Notes under the pieces: model-generated
Told to the model about the DNA's origin: nothing
What the model saw: only the letters and a program-made list of their open reading frames with translations
Databases searched by the model: none
Program-made: the position numbers and the translations under genes
In this document: positions 10,082 through 19,698 of the stretch, piece by piece
Layout: each line of letters begins with the position of its first letter
Numbering within the stretch: the first letter of the stretch is position 1
From: an uncultured Acidobacteriaceae bacterium
Lineage (GTDB): Bacteria > Acidobacteriota > Terriglobia > Terriglobales > Acidobacteriaceae
Assembly (NCBI GenBank): GCA_963844785.1
Contig: CAWJPV010000004.1
Coordinates: 191,534-255,533, forward strand
Reading direction: 5' to 3'
DNA length: 64,000 nt

Positions 10082-11503
10082 CTAAGCCTGCTCGGCGTCG
10101 TGGTTATACATGCTCCAACCCAGATAGCGCGTGGCCGCCTCGTGTACCGCGTTACCCACCTGCGAAAAATTAGCCGCGACATGATGCTCGAATCCCTGCT
10201 CACAGATCAGTCGCAGTAGCTTCTGCAATCGTGGAATCCTGGCCACGCCGGCGCCCCCAAAAGTCTCCAGCGGGTCATTAGTAAACTCCCCCTGCCCCAC
10301 GTACCCGCGAATCTTGCCATGGAAGTCATCGGTAGAGAAGCGCACGTAGGTCATCGCTCCTGCCTTGACCCGGCCAACGCAAGTGCCAAAGGTATTCTCC
10401 TTGCCCACCGTGCCCGCGATGATCGCCTGAAAGTCCATGACCACGTCCTTAAAGAAGTGCTTGGGCAAATTGGAGCAGTGGAAGCAAACGCACTTGTCAG
10501 GATCGGAACCGTAATTGTTATTCCAATCCAGCAGCGCGCTTGGCGTCTCTGAGGCCAGCGCCAGGGCGTGCATGCTGATAGTCCCGCAAATATCCACCTC
10601 GCAGGCGCTGGGAAAGAGGTTTTCGCTCATCATGCTCATCACCGTGCAAGGCACCACGCCGAAGTATTCTTCGAGCGAGGTCCAGCACTGAATCGCGCTC
10701 ACCGTGCAATACGTCTGCTGCATCCACTGCTCGATGACCACGCCCAGCTTGCTCATCTTGATCAGTGCAGCCACCGGAATATTATTGGTGGACACATACT
10801 TTTGGATCGCCGCCAGCTTGGCCTGCACCGCGTCGTCATTGTCCTTGAGCCGCTCGATACGTCCCAGCACTTCAGAAAGATCGAGTGTATCCACGGATAT
10901 GCCGCTCCGCTCCAGCAGCTTCTCGCTATAACGAACCGTGTTGAACGCCGCCGGACGAGCCCCGATCGCGCCCACGCGAAGATTGGTAAAGCCGCGCACC
11001 ACCCGGCACACCGAGGAGAACCAGGCCAGGTCCTTGCGAAACTCATCCGAGTCAGGCTGCACCGTATGCATCGCAGTGAGCGAGTACGGAATCCCGTACT
11101 GCATCATGTTATTGCAGGCCGACATCTTGCCGCAAAAGCTGTCGCGACGGTGGGAAATCTTCATATCCGCCGCCCGGTCCGGAGTCGCCTGCACCAGCAC
11201 CGGCACCTTCAGCGTAGAGTGGCGCAAGGCATCGACAATCCCGCGCTCTTCGCCGAAGTTGGGAAGTGTAACAATCACACCATCGATCTCATCGCGATGC
11301 TTGCGGAAGAGATCGCCGCATAGCCGCGCCTCCGTAGGCGTTTCGACCGCGCCGAACTTCGACTCTTCCGGAGTGAGCGCAATGGTGCGGATGCCGTCCG
11401 CCGCCAGCACTCTCAGGATCTCTTCGCGGCCCGTCTTCGCCAGGTGATCGGGAAAAAAGCCGCGGTTACCGACAATCACGCCAAACGTCATCTGTTTCGC
11501 CAT
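10082..11503 (-). CDS. L-fucose/L-arabinose isomerase family protein (likely the L-arabinose isomerase of this operon)
   Basis: 473-aa ORF with SD AAGGAAA. The sequence does not resemble canonical AraA N-termini but looks FucI-family-like. It lies between araB and araD. Confidence 0.8.
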   Translation of the reverse strand: MAKQMTFGVIVGNRGFFPDHLAKTGREEILRVLAADGIRTIALTPEESKFGAVETPTEARLCGDLFRKHRDEIDGVIVTLPNFGEERGIVDALRHSTLKVPVLVQATPDRAADMKISHRRDSFCGKMSACNNMMQYGIPYSLTAMHTVQPDSDEFRKDLAWFSSVCRVVRGFTNLRVGAIGARPAAFNTVRYSEKLLERSGISVDTLDLSEVLGRIERLKDNDDAVQAKLAAIQKYVSTNNIPVAALIKMSKLGVVIEQWMQQTYCTVSAIQCWTSLEEYFGVVPCTVMSMMSENLFPSACEVDICGTISMHALALASETPSALLDWNNNYGSDPDKCVCFHCSNLPKHFFKDVVMDFQAIIAGTVGKENTFGTCVGRVKAGAMTYVRFSTDDFHGKIRGYVGQGEFTNDPLETFGGAGVARIPRLQKLLRLICEQGFEHHVAANFSQVGNAVHEAATRYLGWSMYNHDAEQA

Positions 11504-11506
11504 TTG

Positions 11507-11734
11507 TTATTTCCTTCGCTTGTTAACCGTTTGCTTGGGGCGAAAGCCGATGGTATAAACCAGGCCAATGACCGTGAGCAGCGCGCCCCACCAAATCGGT
11601 GCATGAAGATTATTCAGTACTGGAGGATTGGGTAGCGGGTGACCGAGTTCCCACAGCCCGGTGCTCAAAATCACCACGCCATAGGCCAGCAGCAATACAC
11701 CTGCAAACCACCATATAGAAAACGACTCTCGCAT
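11507..11734 (-). CDS. Small two-TM membrane protein (possible transporter accessory subunit)
   Basis: 75-aa ORF. Strong SD AAGGAG overlaps the symporter stop. Two hydrophobic segments. Packed 3 nt upstream of the isomerase start. Confidence 0.6.
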   Translation of the reverse strand: MRESFSIWWFAGVLLLAYGVVILSTGLWELGHPLPNPPVLNNLHAPIWWGALLTVIGLVYTIGFRPKQTVNKRRK

Positions 11735-11746
11735 CGGCCCGGCTCC

Positions 11747-13450
11747 TTACCAGAAGATGATGTTGAGGATGGTGAAGACCACTGCCACCGTGCCCGCCCA
11801 TACAATCGGACGCTGATACCAGTGATCGTCGTGTTCCTTAGGAAGGGGAGAAACTCCATAGACCAGGCCCTCCAGTTCCGCGACCGGCCGCGGTTTGGTC
11901 ATGTAGCTGACCACCACCGTAACCACCACGCAGACCAACCAAGCCCACAGGGCGCGATAAACATTTTCCGCCATATCCTTGGCGTCTGGAGAAAGGGCCA
12001 CGTAGCGCAACGCATGCGGATCGTGCTGCACCCACAGCCAAAGGCTAATCGAGGTCACTGTACCAGCCAGCAACCCCCAAAACCCGGCCTCTTTGGTCGC
12101 GCGCTTCCACAGCATGCCCAGAATCACGGTTCCGAAGAGTGGCGCAATGAAGAAGCTGAACAGTTGCTGCACGTAATCCATGATGCTGGCCGCGTGCTGC
12201 ACCAGGTACGCCGTGCCCACCGAAACCAGCACTCCGACCAGCGTGCTCCAGCGGCCCATGGCTACATAGTGCCGGTCGGTAGCCTTCTTGTTCAGAAAGG
12301 CGCCATAGATGTCATAGGTCCACACAGTAGAAAACGCGCTGACGTTGCCCGCCATTCCCGACATGAATCCGGCGATCAGCGCCGTCACCCCCAGCCCTAG
12401 CAGCCCCGGCCCGCAGTAGCGCACCAGCATCAGGGGCAGGACCTCATTGAAGCTATGCTGGCCGGTCTTGACCGCGACATCCTGCGCCACCAATTTGAAA
12501 GGAAGCACGGAAAGTGCGATCAGGCCGGGGAGGATCACAATGAAGGGCACCGCCATTTTGAACGCGGCGCCGATCACCGGAGCCATCCTGGCCGAACGAA
12601 TGCTGTCCGCCGACAGAATGCGCTGTACCACCAGAAAATCTGTCGTCCAGTAGCCAAAACTGACCACGAAGCCCAACCCGAAAACGATCCCGAACCAGTT
12701 CACCCCCATGGGGTTGGTGCTGAAGTGGCCCAGCGTCGACCACAGGTGCACATAGTCGGAACGGCCCAGGTTGGTTGCGATCTGCTGCCGCAGATTGCTC
12801 CAGCCGCCCACTTCGATCAAGCCCAGGATCGGCACCAACAGGGCTCCCGCCCAGATGAGCAGGAACTGGAGAATCTCGTTATAGATCGCTGACTTCAGTC
12901 CCCCCAGCGCAACATACACGGCCACCGTCACCGATGAAACCCAGATGCTGAAGTTCAGGTCCCACCCCAGGACCACCTTCATCACAATGGCCATCGAGTA
13001 CATATTGATGCCGCTCATGAGAATGGTCATGAACGCGAAGCTGACTGCGGAGAGGGCTCGTGCCCCGTCTCCGTAACGAAGCTTTAGATATCCCGGTACG
13101 GAGTGGGTCTTCGAGATGTAATAGAACGGCATCATCACAATGCCGAGGAAGAGCATCGCCGGAATAGCCCCGATCCAATACCAGTGCATGGCCAGGATTC
13201 CATACTGGTAGGTAGACCCAGCCCAGCCCATCAGCTCGAGCGACCCCAGGTTGGCAGAAACAAAGCTCAGGCCGGCAATCCACGCGGTCATCTCCCGCCC
13301 GGCCATAAAGAACTCTTCGCTGGTATTGGAGGAACCCCGGAGATAGAAGCCAATGAAGACCACGATCGCGAAGTAGATAGCGATCACCAGGATGTCGATC
13401 CAGTTCAGGCGCGCCAGTTGGGTTGAAGCCACGAAGGCCGCTAAGTGCAT
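11747..13450 (-). CDS. Sodium:solute symporter (SSS/SGLT family)
   Basis: 567-aa polytopic ORF with SSS-like sequence. Its start overlaps the araD stop (TAATG). Confidence 0.9.
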   Translation of the reverse strand: MHLAAFVASTQLARLNWIDILVIAIYFAIVVFIGFYLRGSSNTSEEFFMAGREMTAWIAGLSFVSANLGSLELMGWAGSTYQYGILAMHWYWIGAIPAMLFLGIVMMPFYYISKTHSVPGYLKLRYGDGARALSAVSFAFMTILMSGINMYSMAIVMKVVLGWDLNFSIWVSSVTVAVYVALGGLKSAIYNEILQFLLIWAGALLVPILGLIEVGGWSNLRQQIATNLGRSDYVHLWSTLGHFSTNPMGVNWFGIVFGLGFVVSFGYWTTDFLVVQRILSADSIRSARMAPVIGAAFKMAVPFIVILPGLIALSVLPFKLVAQDVAVKTGQHSFNEVLPLMLVRYCGPGLLGLGVTALIAGFMSGMAGNVSAFSTVWTYDIYGAFLNKKATDRHYVAMGRWSTLVGVLVSVGTAYLVQHAASIMDYVQQLFSFFIAPLFGTVILGMLWKRATKEAGFWGLLAGTVTSISLWLWVQHDPHALRYVALSPDAKDMAENVYRALWAWLVCVVVTVVVSYMTKPRPVAELEGLVYGVSPLPKEHDDHWYQRPIVWAGTVAVVFTILNIIFW

Positions 13451-14166
13451 TATTTCTCCTGTCCGTAGGTCGCGGAGGCGCCGTGTTTGCGGAAGTAATG
13501 CCGATCCAGCAGCGCTTGGGAGACCCCATTACAGCTTTGTCGCAGGGTCGCTGTAAAGTAGGCCATGCGCGCCACCGTTTCCAACACGGCCGCATGGTGG
13601 GCCGCTTCGTGCGGCGTTTTCCCCCAGCAGAAAGGCGCGTGGCCGGCCACCAGCACGGCTGGAATTGCATGGGGATCGAGACCTTGAAAACGGCGCGAAA
13701 TCGCGATGCCGGTATTGAGCACGTAATCGCCGCCAATCTCCTCCGCAGTTAACTCCGCGGTGACCGGAACCGGGCCGTAAAAATAATCCGCGTGGGTAGT
13801 TCCGTAGGCTGGAATCTCGAGCCCTGCCTGGGCCCACGCCGTGGCATATTCCGAGTGCGTATGGACCACCCCGCCAATTCCAGGAAACTCTTTATAAAGT
13901 AGAAGATGCGTAGCCAGGTCAGAAGACGGGCGAAGCCTGCCGTCGACCACTTTCCCATCCAGATCAGTAACCACCATATCTGCCGGAGCCAGTGCCGAGT
14001 AGTCCACTCCGCTGGGCTTGATCACCACCAGCCCACGCTGGCGGTCGATGCCGCTGGCGTTCCCGAAGGTAAAGAGGACCAGCCCTTGGCGCACCAATTC
14101 CAGGTTGGCCTCGAGCACCTGTTCCTTCAGCGTGTCCAGGGCACTGATGTCGGTAGCTTTCGGCAT
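13450..14166 (-). CDS. araD: L-ribulose-5-phosphate 4-epimerase
   Basis: Colinear with AraD (LKEQVLEANLEL, FGNASGIDRQRGLVVIKPSGVDY, HTHS). ATG at 14166; the six-frame ORF starts at a TTG at 14175. Confidence 0.9.
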   Translation of the reverse strand: MPKATDISALDTLKEQVLEANLELVRQGLVLFTFGNASGIDRQRGLVVIKPSGVDYSALAPADMVVTDLDGKVVDGRLRPSSDLATHLLLYKEFPGIGGVVHTHSEYATAWAQAGLEIPAYGTTHADYFYGPVPVTAELTAEEIGGDYVLNTGIAISRRFQGLDPHAIPAVLVAGHAPFCWGKTPHEAAHHAAVLETVARMAYFTATLRQSCNGVSQALLDRHYFRKHGASATYGQEK

Positions 14167-14435
14167 AGGGAACAAAATAACAGACGTTGCAAACGTTTAC
14201 TCGCGCTCTGACCTTAGGAGAATCAACCACACCCCGTCAAGCGCAAGCTCGGGGGCCTCTTCAGCCCACCGATCCCTCCATCCTGGGGAACCCCGCTCTC
14301 AGTCGTTCATCAGTAGTTTGTTAGGGCAGAGCGTGGGGGGAAGGGATGTCCCCCTGGTTCGGGATCGTAGCGCAAGAGAGAAGTAGAGTGCTCTCCCGTT
14401 GTTTGCAGTGACCACTTTCACGGCTAGTCGCGATT

Positions 14436-14483
14436 AGTCCCGTAGGGACGGCTGAGAATGTCCCAGGACGACAGTCCTGGGTG
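14436..14483 (+). repeat. REP-like repeat family A (double hairpin GTCCC-GTAG-GGAC ... CCCAGGAC-N4-GTCCTGGG)
   Basis: AGTCCCGTAGGGACGGCTGAGAATGTCCCAGGACGACAGTCCTGGGTG. Same unit recurs at 20.5-20.9 kb and 53.8-54.1 kb. Confidence 0.85.
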
Positions 14484-14573
14484 AACCGGACCGCACGCCA
14501 ATGCTGATTGGCGATCATTCAAACCCAACCCATTCTTCCGTGTCGTCTTCGACTGGACCTAAGATTTCGAGGC

Positions 14574-14981
14574 TTAAGGAGTGGCAGGGACCGCGCCGGC
14601 GCTGGCCCAAATCGCCCGGACGGCCTTACCAAAGGCCCCATATTCTTTGATCCCCTGCGAGCAGAGCTCAATCACCACCCAGCGATCATCCAGGATTTTG
14701 GTCTTGGAGCCGTACGCGGCCTGCCACCGTTCGAACTCCGGACCGGCGTTCTGCCGCAGGTAACGCCACATCTCTCCGGCGGCCTTACCGTCGGACGCGC
14801 TAGCCACCAGCACCGGTTCGTGATCAGCCATTCCATGCTGCACCGCGTGTGCCGCCATAGCCCCTCCACGGATCATGCGTGTGATTTCAAGCTCGGCTTC
14901 CAGCAGCGTACGTGCGATCACATTCGCCTGCACATCTTGCCCGACGTACGCCCGGCAAAAGTAGCCGAAGTGCTGTTCCAT
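14574..14981 (-). CDS. Hypothetical protein (135 aa), no family recognised
   Basis: ORF with SD GAGGTG 5 nt upstream of the ATG. Same strand and 100 nt downstream of the distal transglutaminase gene. Confidence 0.55.
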   Translation of the reverse strand: MEQHFGYFCRAYVGQDVQANVIARTLLEAELEITRMIRGGAMAAHAVQHGMADHEPVLVASASDGKAAGEMWRYLRQNAGPEFERWQAAYGSKTKILDDRWVVIELCSQGIKEYGAFGKAVRAIWASAGAVPATP

Positions 14982-15082
14982 GAATCACCTCTGATAAGCT
15001 ACGCGATCCTGCCTTCTCAGGAGAAGAAGGAAAGAAACGCAGAGGTTACGTTTGGTCAGGACCTCAAGATCCTGAGCGCGTA

Positions 15083-16069
15083 CTATTGCTGCTGCTGTTG
15101 CATTTGCTGTAAATGAAGCAACTGGGTGGGCGGCGCCGGAGGTTCCTGTGCCCGCTCCACCAGGATAGACCAATCCTCCGGGACTGGCATATCGCGGTCA
15201 AGGGGCGGCAAATCCTCGTATTTTGAAACTTTGACTGCCACGTAAAGCTCGCTCTCCTTGCTGCCGCGATAAATACCGCGGGTGGGCGGCACATCCGCGT
15301 AATCCCTTCCCAGGGCTGTGCGTATGTATCGGTTGTGAGCCAGCAGATTATTCGTTGGATCGAAACCTACCCAGCCCACCTGGGGCAAAAAAGCCTCTAC
15401 CCACGCATGCGTGGCGTCCGACGTGGAGCGATCCGTATTCTCCTCGCCATGATAGAGATATCCGCTCACGTAGCGGCAGGGAATCCCCACATGCCGCACC
15501 AGCGCAATCATGGTGTGGGCAAAGTCCTGGCAGACCCCTTTTCTGGATTCGAGCGCCTCGTCGATGGGTGAGTTGACGTGCGTGCTGCGCGAGTCATAAT
15601 CAAACCAGTGATACAGCGAGGCATTCAACTGCCGCAATAGCACCAGCGGATCATCGCGGCGCCGCACATCCAGTAGTTTCGCCAGTTCGAGCAGGGCGGG
15701 CGACGGTTTGGCGAATTCGCTCGGCAGCAGCATCTCCGAGAAGTCTCCTAGGGAGACCAGCGAATCCAACTCGTCCCAGGCGCCGGGGCGGAGCAAGTGC
15801 GGAATCTCGGGCAGTGGCTGCTGTTCCACCAGGGCTTCGGCTACCATCACCAGCTGCGAGTGCTCTCCAGGAATATCGAAGTGATGGACATTGTTGCCCA
15901 GGTGATCGCGATACGAGAAAACCCGGCAACGAGGGCTGACCGACAAGGAGAACGAGAGGCAGCGTTGATTGTTATCGCTGCGCGGGTGCATGCGCGCCTC
16001 CATGAGGCTTTCGCTCACTTGGTCGGCGTAAAGGAACTTGGTCAGGTGCCTAATCAGATAAAAATCCAT
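15083..16069 (-). CDS. Transglutaminase-like family protein (Bact_transglu_N plus Cys-His-Asp core), poly-Q C-terminus
   Basis: GVCQDFAHTMIALVRHVGIPCRYVSGY ... HAWVEAF ... GFDPTN. Ends QLLHLQQMQQQQQ. Confidence 0.85.
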   Translation of the reverse strand: MDFYLIRHLTKFLYADQVSESLMEARMHPRSDNNQRCLSFSLSVSPRCRVFSYRDHLGNNVHHFDIPGEHSQLVMVAEALVEQQPLPEIPHLLRPGAWDELDSLVSLGDFSEMLLPSEFAKPSPALLELAKLLDVRRRDDPLVLLRQLNASLYHWFDYDSRSTHVNSPIDEALESRKGVCQDFAHTMIALVRHVGIPCRYVSGYLYHGEENTDRSTSDATHAWVEAFLPQVGWVGFDPTNNLLAHNRYIRTALGRDYADVPPTRGIYRGSKESELYVAVKVSKYEDLPPLDRDMPVPEDWSILVERAQEPPAPPTQLLHLQQMQQQQQ

Positions 16070-16102
16070 CGCCTGTCGAACTCCTCGGTTCCCAAAAATT
16101 CA

Positions 16103-17065
16103 CTACATGGCGAGAGCAGCTTGCACCGAATATTGAATATAGAAACGGTAAATCAGGTCGTGCGTCTGCCGGCATTGGCGCAGGATGTTATGCAAATACG
16201 CCCCAGGGTCTTGCGCCAGAATGTCAGAGACTTCGGCAAAGCTTAGCGAAGCCTGCAGCTTACCGGAGACCCTGGACAAGTCATCCACCGGCATTCTTCC
16301 GCTGGACGCGCGCACGGAGACCAGCGCCTGGCGCAGGCAATCGATCGAATATCTCAACGAGTGGGGAAACTGCGGGTTCAACAATAGAAATTCCAGAATC
16401 CAGTCGGCAGAAAGGTCCGCCGTGTACACCTTGCAGTAGGCTTCGAATGCCGTGCAGCAACGAAGCAACCCTACCCACTCCTGGTAGTGGCTTCCTTCTA
16501 CCGCAGCCTCCGGTGCACTGAGCAGTTCCGGTTGATACAGGGAGAGTAGAGTCGCAATCGAGGATGCCCGCTCCAGGTAGCGGCCCAATTGAATAAACTG
16601 CCACTCCTCGCCATGGCTCATGGTGGTATCGGTGACCCCCTGGAAAAGGTGGACACCGTCGATCACCGCGGGCAGAAAATCAGCCAGCCGGGTATTCAGC
16701 CCATACTCCGAATAGGGCTGGATCACCCAGTGGTACATGCGGTTCAATTGCTGCCACTGCTCAGAGCTGATTTCGTCGCGCACCTGGCGCGCATTTTCCC
16801 GTGCTTCGATCAGGCAGGAAGTCACCGATGCGGGAACTTCCGCGTCGAAGGTCAGCGAATGGACAAGTTGGTAATAGTCATTGTTCCAGCTAACCCCCTG
16901 CGGATTTCCCAGGGCGGCCAGGACCCGCTTCCATCTTCCCTCCGCGCTGGTGCTGGACTTGTCCAGCATGAGACCCATATTCACGTCGAGCATGCGCACC
17001 GTATGCTCAGCGCGCTCAAGATAGCGGCTCATCCAATAAAGACTGTCGGCTACGCGAGAAAGCAT
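16103..17065 (-). CDS. Alpha-E domain protein (DUF403-type)
   Basis: N-terminus MLSRVADSLYWMSRYLERAEHTVRMLDVN is typical of alpha-E proteins that follow circularly permuted ATP-grasp genes. Confidence 0.85.
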   Translation of the reverse strand: MLSRVADSLYWMSRYLERAEHTVRMLDVNMGLMLDKSSTSAEGRWKRVLAALGNPQGVSWNNDYYQLVHSLTFDAEVPASVTSCLIEARENARQVRDEISSEQWQQLNRMYHWVIQPYSEYGLNTRLADFLPAVIDGVHLFQGVTDTTMSHGEEWQFIQLGRYLERASSIATLLSLYQPELLSAPEAAVEGSHYQEWVGLLRCCTAFEAYCKVYTADLSADWILEFLLLNPQFPHSLRYSIDCLRQALVSVRASSGRMPVDDLSRVSGKLQASLSFAEVSDILAQDPGAYLHNILRQCRQTHDLIYRFYIQYSVQAALAM

Positions 17066-17072
17066 ATATCCC

Positions 17073-18557
17073 CTAGTCCGTTAAAACCCAGGTATCTTTA
17101 CTGCCCCCACCCTGCGACGAGTTCACAACCAGCGAGCCTCGCCGCAACGCGACGCGCGTGAGCCCACCCGGAACAATGCGCACCTTATCGCCATACAAGA
17201 TATAAGGACGCAGGTCCACATGCCGGGGTTCAATGCCGTTTTCCGTCAAGCAGCCCGCGCGCGAGAAATCGAGCGTAGGCTGGGCAATGTAATTGCGCGG
17301 GTTGGCCTCGATCAGGCGCTTGAACTCCTCCCGCTGTTCGGCGCTGCTGTGGGGCCCGATTAGCATTCCATATCCGCCCGACTCTCCCACCGCTTTGATT
17401 ACCAGCTTGTCCAGATTCTCACAGCAGTACCGGCGTTGTTTAGGGTCGGTCATCAGATACGTTTCGACGTTATTCAAAATCGGTTCTTCGCCCAGGTAGT
17501 AGCGGATGATCGCAGGCACATAAGCGTAGACCGCCTTGTCGTCGGCGATACCGGTGCCGAAGGCATTGGCCAGGGTTACATTGCCGGCACGGTAGGCATT
17601 GAACAGCCCCGCCACTCCCAGGATGGAGTCGGAGCGAAAAGCCAGGGGATCGATGAAGTCATCATCCACCCGGCGGTAGATCACATCCACGCGCTTCAGG
17701 CCGGCAGTGGTCCGCATGTAAACCACATTGTCGTGGATCACCAGGTCGCGTCCTTCGACCAGCTCGATGCCCATCTGCCGGGCAAGATAGGTGTGCTCGA
17801 AATAGGCCGAGTTGTAGACGCCCGGCGTCAGCAGCACGATGGAGGGATCGTGACGCCCCTCAGGCGCCAGCGAGCGCAACGTGCTCAGCAGCAGTTGCGT
17901 ATAGTGTTCGATCGGCTGCACACCATAATCGCGGAACAACTGCGGGAACGTCCGCTTCATCACCCGGCGGCTAGTCAGCATGTAGGACACGCCGCTCGGC
18001 ACCCTGAGGTTGTCTTCCAGCACCACAAATTCACCATTGCTCAGGCGCAGAAGATCTGTACCCGTCACGGTGATATAGACGTTCCGGGGAACCTGCAGGC
18101 CGCGCATCTCTCTGCGAAACTGGCGGCAGCTGTAGACGATCTCGCGCGGCACGTGGCCGTCGTTAAGAATCTTGCCATCGTTATAAACATCGTGCAGAAA
18201 CAGATTGAGGGCGGTGATGCGCTGGGTAAGGCCCTTTTCGATGTGTTGCCATTCCGCGCCGGTGATAATGCGCGGCAACAAGTCATAAGGAAAGATCTTT
18301 TCCGTTCCTTCTCCGTGCCCATATACGTTGAAGGTGATGCCCTGGGTGAGGAAAGACAGGTCAACCGAGCGCTTGCGGCGCGCAATCTCCTCCGGAGGAA
18401 GGTTGAGAAATGTCTCTAACGCGGCGCCGTAATGCGGTCTTACCTGGCCCTCCCCAGAGAACATCTCATCGTACGTGTTGTCCAGGACGTAGTCCTTCAG
18501 GAGCGGGTTGGCAAACGTGCTGGGTCGGGCTATTTCCATCTCGCCATCCTGGCTCAA
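17073..18557 (-). CDS. Circularly permuted type-2 ATP-grasp protein
   Basis: 494-aa ORF ([29 protein letters not shown]). 4-nt overlap with the upstream transglutaminase gene. Confidence 0.9.
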   Translation of the reverse strand: MSQDGEMEIARPSTFANPLLKDYVLDNTYDEMFSGEGQVRPHYGAALETFLNLPPEEIARRKRSVDLSFLTQGITFNVYGHGEGTEKIFPYDLLPRIITGAEWQHIEKGLTQRITALNLFLHDVYNDGKILNDGHVPREIVYSCRQFRREMRGLQVPRNVYITVTGTDLLRLSNGEFVVLEDNLRVPSGVSYMLTSRRVMKRTFPQLFRDYGVQPIEHYTQLLLSTLRSLAPEGRHDPSIVLLTPGVYNSAYFEHTYLARQMGIELVEGRDLVIHDNVVYMRTTAGLKRVDVIYRRVDDDFIDPLAFRSDSILGVAGLFNAYRAGNVTLANAFGTGIADDKAVYAYVPAIIRYYLGEEPILNNVETYLMTDPKQRRYCCENLDKLVIKAVGESGGYGMLIGPHSSAEQREEFKRLIEANPRNYIAQPTLDFSRAGCLTENGIEPRHVDLRPYILYGDKVRIVPGGLTRVALRRGSLVVNSSQGGGSKDTWVLTD

Positions 18558-19387
18558 TGCTTGAATCCTGACGCGGCTTCGGTCGCCACCTCGTCGCTAA
18601 TCACGTTGAATTGGGTGAGGTTGGCGATCCCGAACGAGGTGGTGATCGCCACATCGGAGGCATCCCGTCCCACCGCCATCAACACCCGGCCAATGCGAGG
18701 ATGATTATGCCGCGCGTCCACCGTCCACCAGCGGTTGGCCAGGTAAACTTCGAACCAGGCGCTGAAATCCATGGGAGTAAAGGTTGGCGGTATACCAATA
18801 TCCCCCAGGTATCCGGTCACGTAGCGTGCCGGTATATTGAGGGCGCGGCAGAAGGTCACTGCCAGGTGTTGAAAGTCCCGGCATACTCCCACCCGCTCGG
18901 TAAACACATCCAGCGCGGTCTTGGTGGAGCGGGCATGCTGGTAGCCAAAAGCTACCTTGGAATAAACCCAATTGCAGATGGCGCGAACCCGGGTCCAGCC
19001 TGGAGCTACATCGCCAAACAACTCCACTGCGATGTTGGAGAGGCGATCCACCTCGCAGTAGCGGCTGTTGAGCAAATAGATCAGGGTTTCGTTGGGTAGA
19101 TCCGCCACCGGATGCTCGTTCGCATCCAAAGGCGAAGGGTCTTCCATGCCCGAGTCTTCAATCAGGGTAGAACCGGTCAGTTGGATATGTCCCGTGGGGG
19201 CCACAAACCGCGAGCAGCGATTGCCAAAAGTATCGATATAGCTGGTGATGGGGACGCTTGGATCCAGGCGCAGCTCGTCGGGCTCGAGCAGGTCGGGTTC
19301 CCGTGAAGGATGCACGTGGAGCATGGCCACGATCGTAACCGGGGCTGGGATGTTGAAGCCGATGTCATAACCTAAGCGAATAAGCAT
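18554..19387 (-). CDS. Transglutaminase-like family protein
   Basis: 277-aa [30 protein letters not shown] ... FSAWFEVYL ... TVDARHN. Confidence 0.85.
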   Translation of the reverse strand: MLIRLGYDIGFNIPAPVTIVAMLHVHPSREPDLLEPDELRLDPSVPITSYIDTFGNRCSRFVAPTGHIQLTGSTLIEDSGMEDPSPLDANEHPVADLPNETLIYLLNSRYCEVDRLSNIAVELFGDVAPGWTRVRAICNWVYSKVAFGYQHARSTKTALDVFTERVGVCRDFQHLAVTFCRALNIPARYVTGYLGDIGIPPTFTPMDFSAWFEVYLANRWWTVDARHNHPRIGRVLMAVGRDASDVAITTSFGIANLTQFNVISDEVATEAASGFKH

Positions 19388-19455
19388 TGCACTCCCTCGA
19401 TCGAGCCCTGTAGAGCGAATCGCCCAGGGTTACCCCCGGGCAAGTTCGACAGGAA

Positions 19456-19472
19456 CGACAAGGTCCTTGTCG
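19456..19472. promoter_or_regulatory. Perfect 17-bp palindrome CGACAAGG-T-CCTTGTCG (candidate operator)
   Basis: Read directly. Lies in the 311-bp divergent region between the transglutaminase/ATP-grasp operon and the Anbu gene. Confidence 0.3.
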
Positions 19473-19533
19473 CAAAAATTATGATGCGAAAGCAACGGCA
19501 GGGTAGCCCTAAATGAGGAAATGCGCTCTGAAC

Positions 19534-19558
19534 AGGCTTTTTCCTCAAGAAAAAGCCT
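19534..19558. repeat. Hairpin AGGCTTTTT-CCTCAAG-AAAAAGCCT; core motif shared with 45945-45961
   Basis: 9-bp perfect stem. CTTTT(T)CCTCAAGAAAA(A)G recurs upstream of relA/rlmI. Confidence 0.5.
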
Positions 19559-19655
19559 ACATAACCGCCCCCTGAGCCTCCCCGTGACCCTGCCCTTTGC
19601 TCAAAAGCTATCAGACAATGAGGATCGGTTCCCACCTCTTTCTATCGACATACCG

Positions 19656-19669
19656 TTTTCCCGGGAAAA
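19656..19669. promoter_or_regulatory. Perfect 14-bp palindrome TTTTCCCGGGAAAA
   Basis: Read directly, 30 nt upstream of the Anbu ATG. Confidence 0.3.
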
Positions 19670-19698
19670 TGCTCTAGCATTCAGGTTGGAGACCATTC

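Noticed and set aside
15083-15124. CTG/TTG-rich stretch encoding the poly-Q tail of the transglutaminase, considered as a contingency locus.
   Set aside because: It is only five consecutive Gln codons with mixed CAA/CAG usage, too short and impure for slippage. It is noted as a feature of the protein only.
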